Assembly: GCA_000388065.2 (NCBI GenBank)
Contig: KK198107.1
Strand: one strand, 5' to 3'
Length of the DNA: 10,845 bases
Source: Fonticula alba ATCC 38817
Taxonomy: Eukaryota > Protista > Nucleariida
Position numbers and translations under genes: made by a program. Positions 1-6,873 of this stretch are shown here, one piece after another (position 1 is the stretch's first letter; each line of letters begins with the position of its first letter). The notes below the pieces were generated by a model. That model was not told the DNA's origin, did no database searches, and worked only from the letters and a program-made list of their open reading frames with translations.

Positions 1-95
1 TAGTTGTGATGTTGTTGATATATTGTTGTTTTGTGAGCTTTTTGAAATATTCTCTTCCTCCTATTTTTATTAGTGAGTTTTTATGTGTTTTTGTT
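1..95. repeat. Terminal overlap: identical to 10751-10845 and to 6936-7030 (right end of the 818-bp repeat; internal piece of the rps13 3' region)
   Basis: Base-by-base match of tagttgtgat...gtgtttttgtt at both window ends. Divergence from copy 1 starts at the next base (t96 vs g7031). Confidence 0.97.
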
Positions 96-336
96 TATTG
101 TTTTATTTGTAGCTGTTAATAGTCCTGTTTATTTGTATTATTGGTTTTGAATGTTATTTATTGGTTCTCATTGTAATTAAATGTTGTTTTTTTTATTTTG
201 TTTTATATTGAGTTTATGTACTTATATTTGTTATATAGCTTGGTTGTTGTAAGCTTATAGTTTTGTATGTTTATTCGATATTTAGGTGTGGTAATTATGT
301 GTTTAGTTTTTTTTTTATTTTATTTGTTTATATTTA

Positions 337-398
337 TGTGAGTTATGGGATTCGAACCCATGCAATATGGATGGATATTGCATTTCCATTATACTCAT
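337..398 (-). ncRNA. Aberrant tRNA-like element (pseudo-tRNA or t-element)
   Basis: Minus strand ATGAGTA TAATGGAAAT GCAATAT CCATCC ATATTGC ATGGG TTCGAAT CCCAT AACTCAC A. The T-arm is canonical and the acceptor stem has 5 of 7 pairs. There is a 7-bp central stem with a 6-nt loop and no canonical anticodon loop. Confidence 0.7.
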
Positions 399-400
399 TT

Positions 401-1714
401 TTATTTTGTTTTGTTTTTGTTTTGTTGTAGTTCTAGGCTAGGAATGCGGTATGGTTTTTCTCTAATTAGGTAGTCTTTGACTCCTAAGAGTAATGCGATC
501 CTGTGTCTTCGTTTGAAAATTCGGTATACGTGTAATGCATATTTTCTAGAATAACGTGGGTTGTTATATTTTCTCTTTAGTTTATTTTGTAGTTTATTTT
601 GTAGTATGTATAGGTTACATTTATGTTGTAATTTTATTAATTGTATTGTTGTTTTTTTATTTTGTTTCATTTTGTTTATTTTGTTGTGGATTTCTATGTT
701 TTTTCTTAGATTTATGATAGTTTTTCGTTGTTGTTTATATGTGTATTTATTTGTTCTTTCTAATCTGTTTTGTAATTGGTTTGGTGTATCTTCATGTATT
801 TTTATGATGTTGTATGGCTTGGTGCTATAGTTTAGGTTGTGTTTGATGGTTTGGTTTTGTTTATATATATTATTTTGTATGTTTTCTAATTTTATGATAT
901 GTCTTAAGTTATATTTTATCTTATTGATGTTTTTAATTTTATTATTTGAGGGGCTTGTTATAATATTTTTAAATAAATAGCTATTTGCCCTGCTGGATAA
1001 TAATATGTATTTATTAATTTTTTTTTTTATTGATTGTTTTAATATAGTGTCATCTATATTAAAATAATTTACTGGGGCTTCATCTAATTCATATTCCTCA
1101 TGAACATTTGGAATATGTTTGTTTATCCTCTTTTCTTTTTTTAAAAATGTTTTAGCTGATGCTTCTACATCTGTTCTTATAAAGCCCTTGTTTCTATCTT
1201 TAGAGTCTTGAGACATTTCTAAGCGTATTAATTCTTTTTCTAATTCTTTTATTTTATATAGAATTAATTCTATATCCTTAACAATATTTAATAATTTTTG
1301 ATTTAAACTTAAAATATCATCGTCTATAGAACTATAGCTCTTAGTAAATCTAAATGCCCCTTTTCCATGTCCATCATTTTTAATAATTGTTAATGTATTT
1401 AATAGTTTAGCTAAAGTTCTATATTGTAAGTCCTTCATCTTAAACCTTTTTTCTAGTTTTTTATAAAGGATTTCACCTTTAATCTTATTATCAGCATCAT
1501 ATTGATATGTTTCAAAATTATCTCTATATTGCTTATCCTTATATTTTACATCTCTTGAAAGCAATGAGTCTACAACTAACTCAGGATTTTCTAAGGCTCT
1601 TAATGCTATCATGGAAACTGCTATTAATATAATACAATGTATAAATGAGACATATAATATATAAAAATCAGTATAAAATCCTTTTCCTGTTACCATTTTT
1701 TTTTTTTTAACCAT
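401..1714 (-). CDS. Unassigned ORF, 437 aa (alternative ATG at 1696). It has one N-terminal hydrophobic segment, a probable coiled coil and a K/N/Q-rich basic C-terminal half.
   Basis: Long open frame in AT-rich DNA, on the same strand as all other genes and tightly packed between orf108 and a tRNA-like element. I recognise no family motif. Confidence 0.8.
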   Translation of the reverse strand: MVKKKKMVTGKGFYTDFYILYVSFIHCIILIAVSMIALRALENPELVVDSLLSRDVKYKDKQYRDNFETYQYDADNKIKGEILYKKLEKRFKMKDLQYRTLAKLLNTLTIIKNDGHGKGAFRFTKSYSSIDDDILSLNQKLLNIVKDIELILYKIKELEKELIRLEMSQDSKDRNKGFIRTDVEASAKTFLKKEKRINKHIPNVHEEYELDEAPVNYFNIDDTILKQSIKKKINKYILLSSRANSYLFKNIITSPSNNKIKNINKIKYNLRHIIKLENIQNNIYKQNQTIKHNLNYSTKPYNIIKIHEDTPNQLQNRLERTNKYTYKQQRKTIINLRKNIEIHNKINKMKQNKKTTIQLIKLQHKCNLYILQNKLQNKLKRKYNNPRYSRKYALHVYRIFKRRHRIALLLGVKDYLIREKPYRIPSLELQQNKNKTK

Positions 1715-2016
1715 TTATTTAACAACCTAACTTTTATAAATTCTACTAACGCTTCTTCACTATTATGGGGAACAATACTTGGCTTCTGTTCTACAAACAT
1801 ATAGAGTCCTTTAGAAGTTTCTACTGCTTCAGGAAAATGCATAGCATAAAATGGGTTATGAGAATATCTATAATTAGATATATACTTATTTCCCATTAAA
1901 TCATATAATGCACAAGCCGGCATTATGTTAGGTTCATACAATTTATTTTTGTCTAGAGGAGTATCCCTAAACTGAATTTTACCAGGACCTCTAGTTTTTA
2001 AGACTTTTCTATACAT
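1690..2016 (-). CDS. Unassigned ORF, 108 aa, soluble
   Basis: The ATG overlaps the nad2 stop (ATGTATAG, 8-nt overlap) and the 3' end overlaps the orf437 start. The amino-acid composition is protein-like. I recognise no motif. Confidence 0.65.
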   Translation of the reverse strand: MYRKVLKTRGPGKIQFRDTPLDKNKLYEPNIMPACALYDLMGNKYISNYRYSHNPFYAMHFPEAVETSKGLYMFVEQKPSIVPHNSEEALVEFIKVRLLNKWLKKKKW

Positions 2017-3439
2017 AAATTGTTTCTCCCATTCCTAACATCGTTCCACTAATAATAACTACTAACCAGGGCTTAGTAGAGACTAGCAAGACAACTCCTG
2101 TAGCCACAAACAAAGATAAACTTTGATAATAAGTAATAAACAAAGGTGTTTTAGACTCTGGTTTATCTAAGAAACAAGTTTTTATTAAATATAAATAATA
2201 AAATGCTGAAACACAACTTCCAATAATCAATGGGATCATTACAATAAATGTTTCATTATACATTGTATTATAAATAATTGAAAACTTAGAATAAAACCCA
2301 GCTAATGGAGGAACACCTGCTAATGAAAATAAAATTAATGCTGCTGCTATAGCTAAATAAGGATTAATTTCTATTAATCCTTTTAATGCTCTTAAATTAT
2401 TAGTTCCAAATGAAAAGAATAATATTGCTAATGCTACAGACATTAATGTATAAATAGTAATGAATACCGCTAATGTCTGAGCACTTGTTTCTGACATATT
2501 AGATACTGCAGACAAGGCTAATCCAATATTAGTAATAGAAGAGTATATAAATATAGTTTTAAAATTACTTTGGAATAAAAGACCTAATGAGCCCAATAAT
2601 ACAGATAAACAAACAGAAAGCCAGATTAATGTATAAAGAGATAAATCAGAAGATACTGAAACAAAATTTATAACAGAGAACATAATAAATAATAAAGGCA
2701 TTTTTGGAATTAACCCTTGAAAAATAACCATAAATAATGAAGAATCCCCATAAATTTTAGGAGCCCATAAATGGAATGGAGCTGCTGCTAATTTAAACAA
2801 TAAGCTTATAATAATCAACATTACCCCTAATGATAGTGTACTATCATTACCTAAAAATAAATTTATCTGTGATTGATTTAACCAATTAAAAGACCCAGTA
2901 GATTTGTAAACCATAACAATACCTAATAAATTAATAGCAGTCATAGCTGAACCAACCACATAATAGTTTAATCCTGCTTTAATAGAACTTTTTATATTTT
3001 TATCTAATGCTATTAAAATATAAAAAGATATCCCCATAAGTTCTAAACCAATAAACATTAATCTAAAATCATATGCCATCAATGCAAGAAACATCCCAAT
3101 AATAGATAACAAAAGCACTAATAATGCATCCGCTGTTAAATATTTAGATAAGTAAACTCTACATGAATAAATCAATAAAGCAGAAACAGTTAACACTAAA
3201 AATTTAATATTATTAGTAGCATCACTGAACCTAATCAAATGATCAAACCCAAAGAATACACCCTCAGGCTGAATTAACACTAGGATAACACCTGTAAATA
3301 AAACCACCAATACTAAGTTAACCAAAAATTTACCTGAATAAGATATTAAAGGGCTAATCAACACTAAAATTAAAATAGCGTTTAACAGATATAACTCTGT
3401 AGACAAACCAAAAAAAAAACTATTAAGATTAACTATCAT
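2009..3439 (-). CDS. nad2: NADH dehydrogenase subunit 2
   Basis: Very hydrophobic, 476 aa. Motifs include KAGLNYYVVGS, FKLAAAPFHLWAPKIY, YSSITNIG and FSLAGVPPLAGFYSKF. Confidence 0.96.
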   Translation of the reverse strand: MIVNLNSFFFGLSTELYLLNAILILVLISPLISYSGKFLVNLVLVVLFTGVILVLIQPEGVFFGFDHLIRFSDATNNIKFLVLTVSALLIYSCRVYLSKYLTADALLVLLLSIIGMFLALMAYDFRLMFIGLELMGISFYILIALDKNIKSSIKAGLNYYVVGSAMTAINLLGIVMVYKSTGSFNWLNQSQINLFLGNDSTLSLGVMLIIISLLFKLAAAPFHLWAPKIYGDSSLFMVIFQGLIPKMPLLFIMFSVINFVSVSSDLSLYTLIWLSVCLSVLLGSLGLLFQSNFKTIFIYSSITNIGLALSAVSNMSETSAQTLAVFITIYTLMSVALAILFFSFGTNNLRALKGLIEINPYLAIAAALILFSLAGVPPLAGFYSKFSIIYNTMYNETFIVMIPLIIGSCVSAFYYLYLIKTCFLDKPESKTPLFITYYQSLSLFVATGVVLLVSTKPWLVVIISGTMLGMGETIYV

Positions 3440-4215
3440 TAATTAGTTGTATCCTCTAAATAAGTTAATACTAAAATAACGAAAACTAATGATTGAAGGA
3501 AACAAACTAATAATTCTAAGAAAGAGAAGAATAAAATAAAGAAAAATGGAAATATAGCCAATAATAAATATATACCCCCTAACTCACCTATTTTTACTGT
3601 GAATGAACCTAATATATTTAATAATGTATGACCTGCAAACATATTAGCAAATAACCTCAACCCTAATGATAAAGATCTAGATAAATAAGAAATTACTTCA
3701 ACTAATACAACAAAAGGAGAAATAAAACCTGGAACCCCTTGAGGTAAGAATATAGATAAATACCCTAATCTTTTATTAACAAACCCTAAGAATGTAAAAC
3801 CTAAAAACACAGAAAAAGATAAAAAAATAGGAACTATACCTTGAGATGTAATAGAAAATGAGTGAGGAATTAAACCTATTAAATTTAATATAAATATAAC
3901 CATAAAAATAGTAACAATCAAAGGCACTAATGTAATAGATGAATTTCCTAATTGATTCACAACCATAGCCCTTAACATAGTATAAACTTGCTCTAAGCCA
4001 GATTGAAATCTATTAGGAACTAATAATAACGTATCTATAGATGTAGTAAATATATACGCTATAACAAATAAAGAAATTATATAATAAATCGTAGAAGATG
4101 TAAATGAAAAATCTAACCCTCCTATTAATACACTTAAATAAGAATGAATACTATATTGCGATAAAGGTGACATACAATATAATTCCCCCCCATATACCAT
4201 CATAGTAACAAACAA
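3439..4215 (-). CDS. atp6: ATP synthase F0 subunit a. The ORF-track start is TTG; ATG 4203 or ATG 4173 (MSPLSQY) is more likely.
   Basis: Motifs SPLSQY, PNRFQS, NLIGLIPHSF, and EVISYLSRSLSLGLRLFANMFAGH containing the essential Arg. The stop overlaps the nad2 start (TAATG). Confidence 0.97.
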   Translation of the reverse strand: MFVTMMVYGGELYCMSPLSQYSIHSYLSVLIGGLDFSFTSSTIYYIISLFVIAYIFTTSIDTLLLVPNRFQSGLEQVYTMLRAMVVNQLGNSSITLVPLIVTIFMVIFILNLIGLIPHSFSITSQGIVPIFLSFSVFLGFTFLGFVNKRLGYLSIFLPQGVPGFISPFVVLVEVISYLSRSLSLGLRLFANMFAGHTLLNILGSFTVKIGELGGIYLLLAIFPFFFILFFSFLELLVCFLQSLVFVILVLTYLEDTTN

Positions 4216-4221
4216 ACCATC

Positions 4222-4294
4222 TGGAATTAATGGGATTCGAACCCATGACCTTTTGCTTGCAAAGCAATTGCTCTACCAACTGAGCTATAACCCC
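4222..4294 (-). tRNA. trnA: tRNA-Ala(UGC)
   Basis: Full cloverleaf. Acceptor GGGGTTA/TAATTCC with G3:U70, anticodon loop TT TGC AA, T-arm ATGGG TTCGAAT CCCAT. Confidence 0.97.
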
Positions 4295-4304
4295 TAATAA
4301 AATA

Positions 4305-4376
4305 CACCCTCTATGGGATTCGAACCCATGTATTTACCATGAAAAGGTAATGTCCTGACCTCTAGACGAAGAAGGC
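4305..4376 (-). tRNA. trnE: tRNA-Glu(UUC)
   Basis: Cloverleaf. Anticodon arm TTACC TT TTC AT GGTAA, acceptor GCCTTCT/AGAGGGT. Confidence 0.96.
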
Positions 4377-4379
4377 ATT

Positions 4380-4461
4380 TAGAAAGGATGGGACTCGAAC
4401 CCATAAGACCAAAAGTCGTCAGTTTAGCAAACTGATGCATTAACCATTCTGCCACCTTTCC
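4380..4461 (-). tRNA. trnS: tRNA-Ser(GCU)
   Basis: Cloverleaf with long variable arm. Anticodon arm TCAGT TT GCT AA ACTGA, acceptor GGAAAGG/CCTTTCT. Confidence 0.96.
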
Positions 4462-4502
4462 AAAATATACTTGAATTTAGCCCTACCCAACATATAAATA
4501 TA

Positions 4503-4573
4503 AGGCGGGCATAGGAATCGAACCTATATACGAAGCTTTGCAGGCTCCTATTTTACCATTAAATTAGTCCGCC
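4503..4573 (-). tRNA. trnC: tRNA-Cys(GCA)
   Basis: Cloverleaf. Anticodon arm GGAGC CT GCA AA GCTTC, acceptor GGCGGAC/GCCCGCC with one A-C mismatch. Confidence 0.95.
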
Positions 4574-4584
4574 TTTTAACTTTG

Positions 4585-5377
4585 AAAATAATACTCCAAC
4601 GACAGGTTCCCCTACCATTACCTTGTTACGACTTCACCTCAGTCAATCAGTGACCCTAGAAAAATGCTAAATTAATTCATGACAGTGTCAATACGCCACT
4701 GCCTCCAGATTCTGCTAAATACAATTATTATTATTAAAATATAATAATAATTTATTATATTTGCGTAACCCTCCATTCCACTTCAGGCGAACATCTTTTC
4801 CGAGATGTGACGGGCGGTGTGTACAAAACTGATTCATAGCTTCACCGTGGCATGATGATCCACGATTACTAGCGATTCCATCTTGGTGGACTTATTTTCA
4901 AAGTCCAATCCGAACTTAGGCCAAATTTAGGATTTGCTTACTAGTGTTATGTAGGTAGCATTCTTATTGTTTTAGGCCATTGTAGCACGTGAGTAGCCCA
5001 GTTTATATGGGCCATGAGGACTTGGCGTCATCCTTATAAAAGAGCCAGCTATCAACTGGTCTCCTCTGAGTAACTAATTTCTATTATATTAATAAATAAA
5101 ATAAATTATATACTTATTAATATAATTTATATATAGGCTGTTACCGCACAATATCATTGCTAATTAGAAATTAGTTGGAATAAGCGTTAAATAAAACTAA
5201 ATTATAAAAAACGCTCAGGATTGCGCCCGTTAGCAGAGTTAACTAGAAACATTATTGCATCGGGCTTTCGGCAGCCATGCAACACCTGAATTTATCAAAA
5301 ACTGGTAAGGTTTATCGCGGAGTATCGAATTATACCACATGCTCCACCGCGTATATCAGTCCCCGTCACTTCCTTTA

Positions 5378-5410
<33 letters not shown>

Positions 5411-6192
5411 AACAGTAAGAATTATCTTTCGTAGGAACCTCCAAATTTGGCCTACAGCCTGCTCATCGTTAACAGTAGTGGACTACAGAGGTCTCTAATC
5501 TCTTTCGCTACCCACACCTACGTGCCTCAGCGTCAATAAGCGCCAGTTAAATGCTTTCGCCATTACAGTTCCTTAAGAGATCGATGGGGGTTAAGCCTCC
5601 CTCGAAAATTCCAAAAACCTCTCGCTTATTCATACAAAAAAGGTTGAATTATTAAAAGAGTACAGATTTGATATATGCACCACATAATAATAAAATTCAT
5701 ACCCGCCTACGCACCCTTTATGCCCAGTAATTCCGAAAAACGCTCGCCCCATCCAAATTACCGCGGCTGCTGGCATGGATATTTGCCGGGACTTTCATCC
5801 GTACCATTATCATTATTAAAAATACGGCTCCGGAGTTGTCTAGCTAAGCTCTTCATACTCCACTCGATATCGCTGGATCAAGGTTACCCTCATTGTCCAA
5901 GATTCCCCACTGCTGCCTTCAATTGAAAGGTGGGTCTCTTCTCACCCCCACTGTGGCTGTACGTTCTCACAAACCAGCTAAAGATCCCCGGCTTGGTGAG
6001 CCATTACCCCACCAACTACCTAATCTTATATAAGCCCATCTATAGACAATAAATCATCATATAGGAAAGTTCTCATACATTACTCACCCTTTCGCCATGC
6101 TACAAAGCAAAAAAAATGCAATACAATCAACTAGCATGTGTAAAGCATATCTATTAGCGTTCTTTCTGAGCCAGGATAAAGCTCATTAAAAA
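4585..6192 (-). rRNA. rns: Mitochondrial small-subunit rRNA, about 1.6 kb (ends approximate)
   Basis: Reverse complements of universal SSU motifs are present: ctgagccaggat (5' end), ttaccgcggctgctggca, ccgtca-ttcctttaagttt, gacgggcggtgtgtacaa and taccttgttacgactt. The 3' tail lacks CCUCC. Confidence 0.98.
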
Positions 6193-6233
6193 AACAAAAC
6201 AAAACACAAAAACATACCCACCTAAAACAAAAC

Positions 6234-6306
6234 AGCCGATAACAGGACTCGAACCTGCGACCTATTGATTACAAATCAATTGCTCTACCAACTAAGCTAA
6301 ACCGGC
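6234..6306 (-). tRNA. trnT: tRNA-Thr(UGU), copy 1
   Basis: Cloverleaf. Anticodon arm ATTGA TT TGT AA TCAAT, T-arm GCAGG TTCGAGT CCTGT. Confidence 0.97.
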
Positions 6307-6340
6307 CCAACTATCAACACCTAATAAAACAAAATATAAT

Positions 6341-6750
6341 TAATTATAGGTTATTCAACTAATAACCTAAAATTAATACCTTATCACATAAATACACTAT
6401 ATAATTAAAAAGCCACTACCTGAGATGATTGTTCTATTACTACTCCTCTGGATTCTAAACGACTAGCCCAATCACTCAGGTCATGCAGCTTGTTATATTA
6501 TAATATAACAAACTGCTATTAAATATTAAGACGAGTCCGTCTAAAAAATTACTACAAGCTACCAGTAGCTTAAAACTTATATGAGTAAAAATAATATAAT
6601 AATATTATTTTAACCTGAATTAAAAATAATAAAATAATACTATAGTATTATTGAGATATAGGTACCACTGAGCTAAAAACTATACAGAGCCATATAAAAA
6701 AATCTAAAAATCTAATATATGGCTGATGATACACTTTTGCTGGAAGCTAT
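6341..6750. promoter_or_regulatory. Hairpin-rich non-coding core, copy 1: candidate replication origin or control region, or an unidentified structured RNA
   Basis: Eight inverted repeats, including perfect 22-bp (6490-6511) and 20-bp (6633-6652) palindromes. It lies at the strand-composition switch and contains no ORF. Confidence 0.55.
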
Positions 6751-6752
6751 GT

Positions 6753-6809
6753 AAGGAGCAATTGGAATCGAACCAATGACCACATGCTCTACCACTGAGC
6801 TATACCCCC
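6753..6809 (-). ncRNA. 57-nt tRNA-like element lacking the anticodon arm, copy 1
   Basis: GGGGGTA TA GCTC AGTGGTA GAGC A TGTGGTC ATTGG TTCGATT CCAAT TGCTCCT T. Acceptor, D-arm and T-arm are all paired, with only 8 nt between the D-stem and T-stem. Confidence 0.85.
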
Positions 6810-6834
6810 ATTTTTATGTAATTATGTTGTTATA

Positions 6835-6862
6835 AATCTAATAGAAATTTTTCTATTAGATT
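6835..6862. terminator. 13-bp inverted repeat just downstream of the rps13 stop (possible transcript-end or stability hairpin)
   Basis: aatctaatagaaa tt tttctattagatt. The function is inferred from position only. Confidence 0.4.
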
Positions 6863-6873
6863 GTGATTTCTTA

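Noticed and set aside
561-830. 89-aa plus-strand ORF
   Set aside because: Antisense shadow of orf437. Its F/L/C/V-rich composition simply reflects the local G/T skew.
401-1714. orf437 as rps3
   Set aside because: The size and Lys/Asn richness fit, but neither the N-terminal GQK..P...RLG motif nor the C-terminal GRL.G...AR and G..GIKVW motifs are visible, and it has a hydrophobic N-terminal segment.
5675-5926. 83-aa plus-strand ORF
   Set aside because: Lies wholly antisense to conserved SSU rRNA sequence.
6681-6750. Hammerhead ribozyme: stem ccatata/tatatgg followed directly by CTGATGA (6723-6729)
   Set aside because: The cleavage-site position is AG rather than UH, stem II does not pair, and GAAA is GAAG.
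6341-6750. Group I intron (AAACGACTA, GAGATATAGG), group II domain V (GAGCCATAT...), RNase P RNA, 5S rRNA or SRP RNA
   Set aside because: Only isolated short resemblances. There is no P7 pairing, D5 upper stem or GNRA loop, P4 pairing, 5S three-way junction or SRP tetraloop, and no interrupted host gene. A covariance-model search is still warranted.
6753-6809. Mitochondrial tmRNA (ssrA)
   Set aside because: It has a fully paired canonical D-stem, G3-C70 rather than G3:U70 in the 7-bp register, a U discriminator, and no P2 helix or permuted layout.
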